Below are positions 26,906 through 40,064 of a stretch of DNA of 64,000 nucleotides, in pieces (the stretch's first letter is position 1; every line of letters starts with the position of its first letter). Both the position numbers and the translations under genes were made by a program. The DNA comes from Octopus vulgaris (taxonomy: Eukaryota): contig OX597814.1 in NCBI GenBank assembly GCA_951406725.2, positions 224,688,001 to 224,752,000 on the forward strand, in the 5' to 3' direction. The notes beneath the pieces are model-generated. The model worked only from the letters and a program-made list of their open reading frames with translations. It did no database searches and was not told the DNA's origin.

Positions 26906-27169
26906 GTAAAATTTATATCCCGTTTTATGAAATGGAATGTATTGGTGTTCTGAGAATTGAAATGTTTTGGGGTAGAAGTGTATATGGAATGATAATGGCA
27001 CACATGCTGTTACTGATATCAAAAGAAAGTTGTGGAAAAGCTATTACATGAGGTTATTGAAAAGGAAAGGCTTCATATGAATGGAGTAGATAATGGAATT
27101 TATTGAAAGAGTTATGGCATAAATGATTAGGAAGAATTTGGTATTGTACCAGTAAAAGGGAGACAACTG

Positions 27170-27410
27170 CAGAAGAACTTAGCTTGGTGTAATCCTCTAT
27201 AGCTAGTGTTCATTGATCTTAAAAACCTTTTGACAGAGTTCCACACTCTGTAATCTGGATGTAGCTAAGGAAACGAGGGGTAAATGAATGACTTGTGAAA
27301 TCCTTGCAAACCATGTAGAGTCGTGCAGTTAGTAAGGTGAGATTTAGTGATGAGTTCAGTGATGAATTTAGCTTGCTGGGATGATTCCATAGGCCTCATT
27401 TCTTAACCCT
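27170..27410 (+). mobile_element. Decayed RTE-type reverse transcriptase fragment
   Basis: Reads FIDLK..FDRVPHSVIW..LRKRGVNE.LVK.LQTM..AVSKVR with stops and frameshifts. Confidence 0.7.
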
Positions 27411-28419
27411 GCCTCCCTCTTGACAATCTTTTTTCTTCCCATTATGCTGCTCAAGTTGTTGGTTGTTTGTAAGAAGATTAAATAGAAAAAAACATGGCTA
27501 TCACTATCTCCCTTCCTTAATTCCCTTTTCTATTACTCTCTTACTCTAGACACCCTATTCCTCCATCATGATTTCACTTCCATCAACTCCTCACCCTGGT
27601 CCTCTATCCTTTATCACCCTCTCAGTTATTTTAGCCATTGCAAAAATCTGGACATGAGGTAGAAAAGAGATTTCCTTTAGTTTTGCTAGGGACAACGTAA
27701 TCTCTCAAATGCTGGTATGGATACAACATCAACCTTCCAGACACTGATGGTCCAGAACCTCTTATAACCTGCACTAATTTGTGAGAAGGAACTTCAGATT
27801 ACCACAACCATCGGACTAATTTACTGGGCGGCCCTGTTTTGCAGTACTTGACACTTTACAATATCAATAAACTTGTATAATTTACATAATGTACTGGTAG
27901 CTGTATTTTATTTAATTATTTAACATAAATTTAATATTTGTTTTAGAGGTGACCACCCCTGGTTCAGAAAAATCAGTATATAGGTGCAGATATGGCTGTG
28001 TGGTAAGAAGCTTGCTTCTCAACCACATGGTTATGGGTTCAATCCTACTGTGTTGCACCTTGGACAAGTGTCTTCTATCACACCGTGGGCTGATCAAAGC
28101 CTTGAGAATCCCTTACACCCCACTCCCACGTACCCCCACTCTTGCCTCCCCCACACCTCAACACCACCACATCACACACCACCATACCACACCACATCAC
28201 ACCACCTTGCACACACTTGCACTGACCACTTCCCAGCACCCACACCATCATCCATACACCTACACATGCATACACACACACACATCAAGGTCACCAGCCC
28301 CCATCCACACTCACATATGCACACGCACTTTCGTTTTGGGATCACCACTACTTTATTATCTCCCCTTCTTCCTAGCTCTCCTGTGTGACCCCTATGTCCG
28401 GCATTCACCATGATAGATC

Positions 28420-28587
28420 ACTAGCCATTAAACCTTTTTTATTTTCTCTCCCTGTTTATTTCTGTGTTCCTTTCTGTGGAAGAGTCTAGGCAAGAAACGT
28501 AAAAGCCTTTCTCACTTCCCGAGCATTAAACTAATACATCTGTTTGTTGTTTACACACCCGTCTCCGCCTTTTTTTTGTAAATTCTC

Positions 28588-28637
<50 letters not shown>

Positions 28638-28822
28638 ATCCAAACAAGAAAGCACAAAAAAACACAACACGTGGACGTGGAACAAATATAGTATTATCGG
28701 ACGCTCAGGAAAGAAGGAGGGTTTAACGTTTCGAGCGGAGCTCTTCGTTGGAAACAAAGGAGAAGGAAAGATCCAGAGAAGGGGAGACAGAGGAAAAAAA
28801 AATCGACACACGAGGTCACATT
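28420..28822. mobile_element. Two family H copies converging on one (TA)n tract
   Basis: + copy 28420-28590 and - copy 28635-28822 on either side of (TA)n 28590-28633. Confidence 0.6.
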
Positions 28823-28842
28823 TTGAATATATATATATATAT

Positions 28843-29560
28843 ATCATCATCATCATCATCATCGTTTAACATCCGTTCTCCATGCTAGCATGGGTTGGAC
28901 GGTTCGACCGGGGATCTGGGAAGCCAGAAGGCTGCACCAGGCTCCAGTCTTATCTGGCAATGTTTCTACAGCTGGATGCCCTTCCTAACGCCAACCACTC
29001 CGTGAGTGTAGTGGGTGCTTTTTACGTGCCACCTGCACAGGTGCCAGGCGAGGCTGGCAACGGCCACGGTCGGATTGGTGTATTTTATGTGCCACCGGCA
29101 CAGAAGTCAGTCGAGGCGGTGCTGGCATCGGCCACAAGTCGGATAGAGCTTTATACGTACCACCAGACCAGGGATCCTGGCTGGTTCAATTCGATTTCGA
29201 TTTCGCTTGCCCCAACATGTCTTCACAAGCAAAGGGGTTTGGCATGGGTGCCTGTCGTACGGTCGGATTGGAGTATTTTACGTGCCACCGGCACGGAAGC
29301 CAGTGGAGGCGGCGCTGGCATCGGCCACGAGTCGGATAGTGCTTTTTACGTACCACCAGACCAGGGATCCTGGCTGGTTCAATTCGGTTTCGATTTCGAT
29401 TTCACTTGCCCCTACATGTCTTCACAAGCAAAGGGGGTTGGCATGGGTGCCTGTCGTCGGATGAGGTTCTATATCGACTTCGCTTGCCTCAACAGGTCTT
29501 AGTGTCCAAGGGAGGAAAGGCATTCATAAGTGGGCTGGGCTCACTTGTCCTGCCTGGTCT
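28843..29560 (-). mobile_element. Family B ((GAT)n-tailed, probable RTE 3' UTR), longest copy; others at 768-1142(-), 3893-4220(-), 5168-5424(+), 17400-17851(+), 32655-33065(+), 34310-34550(-), 37150-37430(-), 37600-37767(+), 45200-45521(+), 49070-49380(+), 53085-53540(+), 57825-57987(-), 59830-60285(+), 60556-60915(-), 62335-62530(-)
   Basis: Shared 3' block ggagtggttggcgttaggaagggcatccagctgtagaaa..ccaacccatgctagcatggaaa.cggacgttaaacgatgatgat; variable 5' truncation; internal gtgcc.gtggcacgtaaaaagcacc subrepeats. Confidence 0.85.
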
Positions 29561-29934
29561 TATATATATATATATATATTTGTGTGTGTACATGTCTTGG
29601 TGTCTGTGTTTGTCCCTCTCCATGGCTTGAGAACTGCTGTTGGTGTGTGTTTACATCCCCGTAATTTAGCAGTTTGGCAAAAGAGACTGGTAGAATAAGC
29701 ACCAGGCTTAAAACATGAAAGATAAGTACTGGTGTCGATACATTTGACTGAAAATTCTTCAAGGTGGTGCCCTAGCATGGCCACAGTCAAATGACTGGAA
29801 CAGGTAAAAGATGAAAAAGACTGTAGAGAGGGTTTGAGACCAAAGGTTCCAGAAAATCAGTGTCGTACAGATATGACACTGATAAAATGTGCCCAGCATG
29901 TTCTGTAATGTGTTATTAGAAAAACGAAAAAAAA

Positions 29935-30079
29935 CGACGGGGGATCACTCGACTCATCTGTCGATGAAGAGCGCGGCTATCCACGTGAACTGATGCGAAT
30001 TGCAGGACTCAGTGAACATCGACGCCTCGAACGCACATTGCGGCCCCGGGATCCTATTGTCCCGGGGCCCTGTCCGGTT
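29935..30079 (+). pseudogene. Orphan 5.8S rRNA copy (ends slightly eroded; no 18S or 28S nearby)
   Basis: GGATCACTCG..GTCGATGAAGAGCGC..GAATTGCAGGAC..GAACATCGAC..GAACGCACATTGCGGCC are collinear 5.8S hallmarks; GC-rich 3' hairpin GGCCCCGGGA/TCCCGGGGCC at 30042-30069 is intact. Confidence 0.92.
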
Positions 30080-30084
30080 TCTAT

Positions 30085-30482
30085 GCGCAGGAGTGGCTGT
30101 GTGGTAAGTAGCTTGCTAACCAACCACATGGTTCCGGGTTCAGTTCCACTGCGTGGCATCTTGGGCAAGTGTCTTCTGCTATAGCTTCGGGCCGACCAAA
30201 GCCTTGTGAGTGGATTTGGTAGACGGAAGCTGAAAGAAGCCTGTCGTATATATGTATATATATATTTGTGTGTATGTTTGTGTGTCTGTGTTTGTCCCCC
30301 TAGCATTGCTGGTGTGTTTATCTCCCCGTCACTTAGCAGTTCGGCAAAAAAGACCGATAGAATAAGTGCTGGGCTTACAAAGAATAAGTCCCGGGGTCGA
30401 TTTGCTCGACTAAAGGCGGTGCTCCAGCATGGCCGCAGTCAAATGACTGAAACAAGTAAATTAGTAAAAGAGAGTAAAGAGT
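30085..30482 (+). mobile_element. SINE A directly downstream of the 5.8S copy
   Basis: Starts GCGCAGGAGTGGCTGTGTGG; full length apart from a small internal deletion. Confidence 0.9.
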
Positions 30483-30917
30483 ATAGAATCCATACCAAAG
30501 ATGAAATGTAAGGAGTAAAGTGTAGTCCTTGATTTATCAAAGAGGCTAGTAACACTAGTGAATTGGAGTGAATAGGGATGCACCACCCATCCTATGGAAA
30601 GTAGATGTAAAATAATGATTGTGAGAATGGCTTTTACATTATTTCTTCAATTTGAGCAAATTGTTGATGCAGCATTATAATCAGTATGCTCGTCAATCGT
30701 TCTCAGAGGATGTTCCTGAGCTAGGTCAGGGATTGAACTTGGACTTGTTGGTTATTTTGCCAATTGGATCTATCTACTAGATCATGATTTTATTTTTTTC
30801 TATGGGTTCCATGCATATAATTGGTAAAACACATCAACAGTTAGTACCTCATAAGGAAAATATACAGAGACAAAATGATAAGTCTATTGTCTCCTATGGA
30901 ACAATAAATGAACCAGT

Positions 30918-31057
30918 CATCATCTTCATCATTGTTCCACCGTGGTCGAGACAATGGAATTTACCATGCTACGCCAGACTTCACGGTCCATCATGGCATT
31001 ACGGAGGTGCTGTTGCTGGATGCCTGTATCCCTGGAGATTACATCAGGGTAGGAGAG
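30918..31057 (-). mobile_element. 3' end of the same RTE LINE family as 44413-44990
   Basis: Near-identical to 44425-44557 (SYPDVISRDT..DREVWRSMVNSIVSTTVEQ*). Confidence 0.9.
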
Positions 31058-33674
31058 TGGAGGTGTTTGTTTGGTTGGGAGCTGACTCTTCTCCATCAGG
31101 TGATACCTGTCTGTTAAGATTGAGGGCATCACCGTCAATGGATACCCTTGGAGGTGCAATGTGATCAGAGACAGGACCCGGCAAAGCAGGGGCTGGACCT
31201 ACATCCGCAGGTATACCATTAGGTCTGGTTCCCTGGGGAAGAGGAACCCTGGTGCAGTTAATTGCAAATTCCATAGTCTTTTCAAATGGCTAATAATGTG
31301 TGCGCGCGCCACTACTACACACAAATGAACACAAATGAACGAGTAGTTTGAACAGAACATTCCAAATTTTTCATATTGACAACACATTTTTTAGAAATAT
31401 GATTTTTTTGTTACATTAAGTTTTATTAGTGGCACCAAATTAATGAACTTAATAAACAACTAAATACCAGATGACATATGACCTGTCATGCATCTAAATG
31501 TTTAATCTCTTGGAATCTGTCTCACTGCTTGTCACGTTTTCTAATATAACCCCAGGCTGACTAATGCTTTATGAGTGAATTTGATAGATGGAAACTGTGT
31601 GGAAGCCTTATGTGTGTGACATTGATAAGGTACACCTTTCAGAGTGGTGCCCCAGCATGGTTGCACTTCACTGAGCATTACGAGAAAACAATAACCACCC
31701 CAGCACTCAAAGCAAAAACAATAATTAGGAACCCATTTGTTCAGTTATTATCATTTTGAAGACTTTTTAATGTCCAATATCAAGCTACATTTGTATATAG
31801 TCCTAATTCCGAGTGTTCAAACACGAACACACTTTTATTCATGAGGTCTGAGTGTTAACGTGTATATATATATAATGTATATATAATGTGTTATATTCTC
31901 CTGTTAAAAATGTATATCTAAAACTCTTGTCCTTAAGTACTAATCAAAAACTTGATTTGCTAAAATTGTGTGTGTGTGTGTGTGCACGTGTGGTGTGTAC
32001 TTGTTTCTCTGAATGTGTCCACTTGAAGAATTATCTTGAACTTTGGCTAGCTGATAGAACTGCATTAGTAAATTTCTCATTTAAATGTGAAAACTTGCTT
32101 CTTATGTTTATTTAGATAATGTTAATTGTTGAATTATTCAGTGTGGCTAATGAAGGCGGTTAATCAAGCCACTTAACATTCGATCAGTCACATTATTCCT
32201 CTGAAGTGAAAATTTAATGAAATTAGATTGGTTCTGTATTTCTAATTTTGATATCTTTTATCAACTGGGAACTTTCAACCACTGATAGAGGTTCACTTGA
32301 AACTCTTTAATTATCTTTCTGACCTTCCCATGTTAACTAATTTCATGAGAATGAATGCGTCTTATCAAAGAAATGGAATTTTATACTTTAATTACATCAA
32401 ATGTATGTATTTATTGCATCGCTATCAACTGAAGCTAATGTTAGTCTTAGTCTGCGTGGCAAAACCTGCCTCTCTATCAGCAATATGGATGGGAAGGTTT
32501 GAACTCAATTCAAGAATTTTATCAACTACTTATTACTATTGGCCTTTTAACTTTTAAACTGGCCATGTCCTGCCCAAATATTCTTCCTGCTTTATGTTCA
32601 AACGGATTAGATCCAGTCTCCCATTCCAATGTCATTCTAAAATAACACAATGTCAATCAAAATCAAATTCGATGACTGGCATCCGTGCTAGCGGGGTGCA
32701 GAGAGCACCATACAAGTGTGATCATTGACAGAGTGGCTAACCGGCTTCCATGCCAGTGGCTCATAAAAGGCACCATTCGAGTGTGATCGTTACCAGCGTT
32801 GCCTTAGTGGCATGTGTAAAAAGATTCGAGCGAGGTCATTGCCAGCACTGCCTGACTGGCCCCCATGCCGGTGGCACGTAAAAAGCACCCACTACACTCT
32901 CGGAGTGTTTGGCATTAGGAAGGGCATCCAGCTGTAGAAACTCTACCATAGTAGATTGGAGCCTGGTGCAGCCATCTGGTTTGCTAGCCCTCAGTCAAAA
33001 TCGTCCAACTCATGCTAGCATGGAAAGCGGACCTTAAACGACGATGATGATGATGATGATGATGATTCTAAAAATAAGCAATCACATTGTCAGAATCTCA
33101 AAGCTATGAGATAATTCATGATTAGTTCAAAGCAATGTGAATCAATAAGCCTTACTTTTGATAGAATAATGTGAAAACTAATAGGTTGAAGTTTTTGCTA
33201 CTTACAGTAGTAAACTATACTCAATCCTTTGCAGTTATTTTTATAACTACAGCACTGAAGTTGAAGTGTATCTTGATACATGTACAGGATATAAACTCTT
33301 GACACTTTAGTGGAGATCTGCTTGTGACCTTTTGTGTATGAATGTAGTGACTAAAGGCACTAAATATTCGGAAGTTGAGCCAATTTCCAAATATTTTCTC
33401 TTTGTTTTGTACGGATATTATGGAAATGCTTTATTCCATTCTGTACTCTTCAGCTTTACAGTCCATCATGAGTGCATCGTGCTGAAAGGGTTTCTTCAAT
33501 TGGAGCTGAGCTGGAGTCAAACAATAACAATATCATGCTATTGATTCCAGCACAATTGCTTGAGAGGTAGTCTTTGGTTCTTGAAGATTTCTTATAAATA
33601 ATAGTTATGTTGGTTTGTGATTTCCAAGAAATATATATTTCATCTCTGCCTTTTTTGAATGGGAAAGTTACTAT

Positions 33675-34090
33675 AGGCGCAAGAGTGGCTGTGTGGTAAG
33701 TAGCTTGCTTACCAACCACATGGTTCTGGGTTCAGTCCCACTGCGTGGCATCTTGGGCAAGTGTCTTCTGCTATAGCCTCGGGCCGACCAGTACCTTGTG
33801 AGTGGATTTGGCAGATGGAAACTGAAAGAAGCCTATCGAATGTATGTATATATATATATATGCGTGTGTGTGTTTGTGTGTCTGTGTTTGTCCCCCTAGT
33901 ATTGCTTGACAACCGATGCTTGTGTGTTTATGTCCCCGTCACTTAGCGGTTCGGGAAAAAGAGACCGATAGAATAAGTACTGGGCTTACAAAGAATAAGT
34001 CCCGAGGTCGAGTTGCTCGATTAAAGGCGGTGCTCCAGCATGGCCGCAGTCAATTGACTGAAACAAGTAAAAGAGAAAAAAAAGAGAGAT
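33675..34090 (+). mobile_element. SINE A
   Basis: Homology. Confidence 0.9.
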
Positions 34091-35933
34091 AGAATAAATT
34101 GTGACAGAAATCATAGATAGTTTCACTCCTCTAATATATGTAGCTATATTTTTCACGATAGTTGTTACCCTAATTTATAATTAAGTTTTATGCCCAGTCA
34201 ACAAGAGAGCTTCTGCACGGTCTGTTGAAGTGTGGAAAGAACAGCTAAATCTTTCTGAAACCACACTTGACTTTCTTAAAATTATGTAAGGATGCATTGA
34301 ACAATATCATTGTCATCATCATAATTTAATGTCCATTTTTCATGCTGGCATGGGTTGGATGCTTTGACAGGAACTGGTAAGGCCGGGGGCCACATCAGGT
34401 TCCATAGTCTCTTTTGGATTGGTTCCTATGGTTAGATGCCCTTCCTAGCACCAACTGCTCCACAGTGTACTGGGTACTTTTTATGTGGCACCAGCACCAG
34501 TGCTTTTTATGTGATACCAGCGCTCACATCAACACTTTTACATAGCACCTTGATTTTCAAAACAGTAAAAGTGTAAACAACAAGTTAAAAGGGTGGTTTA
34601 AACTCCAAAGCCACTAAAACACTATACTTAATGACCAACAAAGGAAGGTAAGCCCCTAGTGTACATACCCGTATTGTGATTTTAAATTTTGGTGTAGTCC
34701 ATCTTAATTCTCATCAGCATATGATTTCAACAGTTTTTCTTATAAGATTGACTAAGGCAGTTGGGTTTAACCCCAGGTGTTAAGAGCCGCTGATGAGAAT
34801 TGAAGTGGTCTACACCAAAATTCAAAATCGTGATATGGTTATCTATGCTAGGGACTTACCTCCCTTTGTCAGTCATTAAGTACTGTGCTTTAGTAGCTCT
34901 GGAGTTAACTCTTATCTTAGCATAAGTGGTGCTAGTCAGCACCCTCTGTCACTTTTGTGACCTTTATTAATATATATATAAGTATATAGATATATATGTG
35001 TGTGTGTGTATAACTGCTTCCAATAGTGGAGCTCTGGTTCAAGAATTTCAAGATTTTGAGGAATGTGGAATCACTTCTTACCCACTGTTGTCCCTATGTC
35101 TACTCTGACCCAGTGTAGTAGCACCTGTCAAGTCCCCAGCTCTGGGTTAATTAGCAGGTTATGGAACTAACTCTAAGCACTGCCTTGTGAGTGCCTTGAG
35201 AAAGGAAATGTTTAGGGGAGTTAGCTTCAACAACAAATCAAGTAGTGGAGTCCCTAAGGTAATCCAGTGTGCTCTTTGACACCCTTCCAGGAATTCCAGG
35301 GTAGGTGGCGCTCTCCAGCCCTTCAGGCAATTCAGCTAGGAGAAGGCCACTCCAATGTAAAACCTACAGCTTGCTGGTCACAGCAGCCACCTTAGCCTCC
35401 AAGTCTAAAGCATGGGATCAAATTGTCTGGACTGACGCTCACTTTAAAACCACTAAGTATGGGTGGGAAGAACTGGCTTGTAGCATCAAGGGTCACTTTA
35501 CATGACCACTCCAGGGCAAACTGCTCTTCCTCCTGATCTGCAATCACAAACAAACTGCTGTTATCATATAACACAAGTTGACATAGAGTAAATTTTGCAC
35601 GTCTTTATTATTAGTTATAATTGTTTTGGTACCATTCTGTTTCTAACACCAGTGGACCTAAACTAAATATGATACGTTTACACCTACCAACTTTATCTGT
35701 TCTTAGTAGGACACAGGTTGAAGAGGAGCTTGAGAAAACAGTTGAGAAATACTGGTCTAGGCATACGAGATCGTAGTTTTTGACCTATAATCAGTAGTCT
35801 ACTCCTTAGTATAATAGCTTTTGAAGTGGCTATAATATTTAGTGGCTATATGTGTGGAGTCACATGGCTTAGTGGCTAAAACATACTTGTGATTGTAAGA
35901 TTGTGGTTTCAATTCTTGAACTGGGCAATGCAT

Positions 35934-36298
35934 TACTCTTTACTCTTTTACTTGTTTCAGTCATTTGACTGCGGCCATGCTGGAGCACCACCTTTAATCG
36001 AGCAAATCGACCCCAGGACTTATTCTTTGTAAGCCCAGTACTTATTCTATCGGTCTCTTTTGCCGAACCGCTAAGTGACAGGGACATAAACACACCAGCA
36101 TCAGTTGTCAAGCAATGCTAGGGAGACAAACACACACACATACATATATATACATATATACGACAGGCTTCTTTCAGTTTCTTTGGTCGGCCCGGGGCTA
36201 TAGTGGAAGACACTTGCCCAAGGTGCCATGCAGTGGGACTGAACCCGGAACCATGTGGTTGGTAAGCAAGCTACTTACCACACAGCCACTCTTGCGCC
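35934..36298 (-). mobile_element. SINE A inserted in an old SINE D copy (35860-36440)
   Basis: SINE D head on the left; CORE-like and V-like body resumes on the right. Confidence 0.8.
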
Positions 36299-37734
36299 TA
36301 TTGTTTTTTTGTTTTTTTTGTGCAGTGCACTTCATTTCTTGTTGTTCCTGTCCACTCAGCTGGCCAGAATGAATAATCTTGTAATGGACCAGCATCCTGT
36401 CCAGTAGGATAGAAAATATATATGCCACAGAATCCAGAAAATTATCCTTATGTGTCTATGGGTTGGGAAGGACCTTATATCCATTTTGTGTGTGTGTGCA
36501 AGTGTATCTTAGAATGTTTATATTCTGCAGTCACATGAAAAATTGCTGAGCTATGAGTAGTTTTCTCTTGTCGTTTCTCTCTGCTTTTATGAAGGCAAGC
36601 AGAATAAAAACTGCCTTACTTGGAAAAATTGATTTAGTGGCTGGAAAGGCACTTGACATGAAAAATGCTTCAACAATATGTATTTATCTAGCTCATCTAG
36701 CTCATGTTGGCTTTGAAAAATGGATGGCAAACAAACAAATGAATGAACAAAATCTTTTCCATCCAAATAACCAAAGTAAAAAAAAATAAGGAAAAAGGAA
36801 GACTAGATTATATTTTAAGATGATCTGTTGAGCAGTTCCTACTGAACCAAATCAGTTTTATTGTCAGGTGTAGATTTATAGAGCACTTTGCTGAATCTTT
36901 CAATGTTATCAAGTAGCAGAACAATTGTCTGCTTATCATGGAATTTTTTTGGAGGAATACAAAATTGGTTTCTTTGGGGTATTTTTCACAAGACACCATC
37001 TTTGCTGGCTTGTTAGACAAATTCACCATACCTGCTGCAACTCTTAGAAGGTAAAGAGCTGGGACACATACGCAAAGCAATTTTATCAATTTCTGAGTTG
37101 TACTTGGCAGACAAGTGTTGAAACTAAAGCAATTGCAGTGTGGAAGACATCATCATCATTGTCATCATTTAATGCTTGCTCTCCATGTTGGCATGGGTTG
37201 GACAGTTTGACTACAGGAAGCTGTATAGACTCAGACTGTCTGCAGTTGCATTGTTTCTATGGCTGGATGCCCTTCCTAATGCCAACCACTTAACAGACTG
37301 CTTAGTGCTTTTTACATGTCACTGTCATGGGTGCATTTAAACAGCACTGGTCTGGGTGTGTTAACGCAACACCAGCACCTGAGAGGACAAGCCTGTATGT
37401 GTGGAAGACAAGAATTTTACTTAGCTTGATGTGTCTTAGACCCATGCTACCAAAAGCACAAAAAGACTATTAACTTCACTTGAACATCTCAAAATTTTCA
37501 TTATACAAACAGCAACCTAGTTGCTGCGTATCCTTGTCAGCACCCAAGTCATAGTTTGTGCGGTAAAAATGTTGAGAAATAATCACTCACTTCACTCTTG
37601 GACTGGTTGGCGTTAGGAAGGGCATCCAGCTGTAGAAACTCTGCCGGATCAGATTGGAGTCTGGTGCAGCCATCTGGTTCACCAAACCTCAGTCAAATCG
37701 TCCAACCCATGCTAGCATGGAAAACGGACGTTAA

Positions 37735-37769
<35 letters not shown>

Positions 37770-37984
37770 ATTCGAAGTGCTAAGCAGTGAGGTGTACAAA
37801 TATAAACCAGTTCAAATATGCTTGACGCATATTCAAACCTGTACAAATATAAACTTGGCTTGGTGTGTTTACACCTATTAGTCTACAGTGAGAATTTTTC
37901 TCCATGACAAAATGCAGTAATTGTTTTTCTTAGAGGCTCAGTTATGTCTCAAGCATATTTGGACCGGTAACAAGTTTATATTCT

Positions 37985-38178
37985 TTTACTCTTTTACTTG
38001 TTTCAGTCATTTGACTGTGGCCATGCTGGAGCACCGCCTTTTAGTCGAGCAAATCGACCCCAGGACTTATTCTTTGTAAGCCTAGTACTTATTCTATCGG
38101 TCTCTTTTGCTGAACCATTAAGTTACAGGGACTTAAACACACCAGCATCGGTTGTCAAGCAATGGGGGGGGGGGGCAA

Positions 38179-38209
<31 letters not shown>

Positions 38210-38889
38210 CACACATATATACATACATATATATATATATACATATATATATACTTATATACGACGGGCTTCTTTCAGTTAAGTCTTTGTGTGTTTTTGA
38301 ATGGCTAACGCATGTCTTTTGTGTTGTATCATTTCTACATATGCTCTACTAATTCTGCTAATTCACCGCCCTGGGCCCTGGATTGGTACTATATTTTATT
38401 GGCACTGGAAGATATGAAAGGAAAAGATAACCTTTGTAGGAATTGAACTCTGACTGTAAAGAGCTGAAATGTTCCGATAATTATGTCTGTTTGCAGTGTT
38501 TTGTTGGTATTCTTTTATTCTTTTACTTGCTTCAGTCATTTGACTATGGCCATGCTGGAGTACCACCTGAAAGGGTTTTAGTTGAACAAGTCAACCCCAG
38601 GACTTATTTTTCTATCAGTCTCCTTTTGCTGAACTGCTAAGTTACGGGGGACGTAAACACACCAACACCAGTTATCAAGTGGTGATGGGAGACAAACAGA
38701 CACACTCACGCATACACAATAGGCTTCTTTCAATTTCCGTCTACCAAATCCACTTACAAGGCTTTGGGGCTTTAGTCGACCTGAGGCTATAGTAGAAGAC
38801 ACTTGTCCAAGGTGCCATGCAGTGGAACTGAACCTGGAACCATGTGGTTGGTAAGCAAGCTTCTTACCACAACAGCCACACCTGTGCCT
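37985..38889 (-). mobile_element. Two SINE A copies (37985-38280 truncated; 38518-38889)
   Basis: Homology. Confidence 0.85.
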
Positions 38890-40064
38890 AAATATATGAT
38901 AAATAAATAAATAAATAAATTCTTAAAAATGTGTTGAAAGGAATACAATTGACTTTTGCCTTCTCATTTGTGATCTTAAGAATCTTCAGATCAGTGCTTC
39001 ATAGAATATGTTGACTAGAACTGTTAGCAATATAAGTTAGACAATCCTTTGTGCTTTTTTTTCCCCTTCTTAATGGAAAAGTAAACATTCTTGTTACAAA
39101 TGGGAATTCTTTTCCTGATGTGATAGCGATTATGATAGCAATACTTGCCTTAGATTAACAAACTGTTAAGTTGCATAATCTGTTTGTAAGGTCTTTGCAC
39201 ACTGGTTCAAAAGAAACCTGAAATGAATAGTATTGATTTCTTTTGACGAGGCAGAAAGAAGTATACTTAATTAAATTGCGTCTGCTTCTGTTAATTCACT
39301 ATCTACAGAGATAAATATTATTGATCTCTTTTGTATGAACACAGGTTTGCAAAATTTGTAGGTGTGGGATGTGATTAATTGTATTAATCACAGTCCATGA
39401 CCAATGTTTATTTTGATGTGTACCGCATAAAATGAAAAGCAAAGTAGATCCAAGTGAATCCTCTACTCATGATATAGGGAGGCAAATAATGACAGGCTTC
39501 TACTCCAGTGGGTCTCCATTAAAATGTTGAACTATACTGATGCCTTGGTCCCTTTAAAAAGAAAAAAATGAGATAAGAGGAAACATTACTTTTGGACTTC
39601 AAAATTGAATGAATTTATAAGCAGAAAATTTTGAAATCAGAACACTGGAAATTGTTTGATATTATTACATCGTCATCATTATCATCATCATCATCATCAG
39701 CATCTTCATCATTGTCGTTTTAATGTCTGCAGTCAGATGTCCTTTTCTTTGCCAATCATCACTTGTTTCCAAGCAAGGTGACATTACTTCGTGGTCAGAC
39801 ATGCTTTCACAAACAAATTACTAACAATCAACACCATGCTTGTTTACAACTATCATGCAATCTCAAAGCAAGGACACACTGACACACATACATACATATG
39901 ATATACATACACACATGATGGGCTTCTTTCAGCTTCCCGCCATCAAATTCATCCACATGGCTTTTCCCAGCATGGGTCTTTAGTGTAATCAATTTCCATA
40001 TGTATATTTCCTTTAGTAAAGGGATATGATGATCCATAACAAACTATTACATTTTCCCTTTTAG

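Noticed and set aside
27949-28413. His/Thr/Pro-rich ORFs
   Set aside because: Low-complexity CA-rich tract following a SINE head
29935-30079. Functional rDNA locus
   Set aside because: No 18S or 28S, ends eroded, intronic location; called a pseudogene
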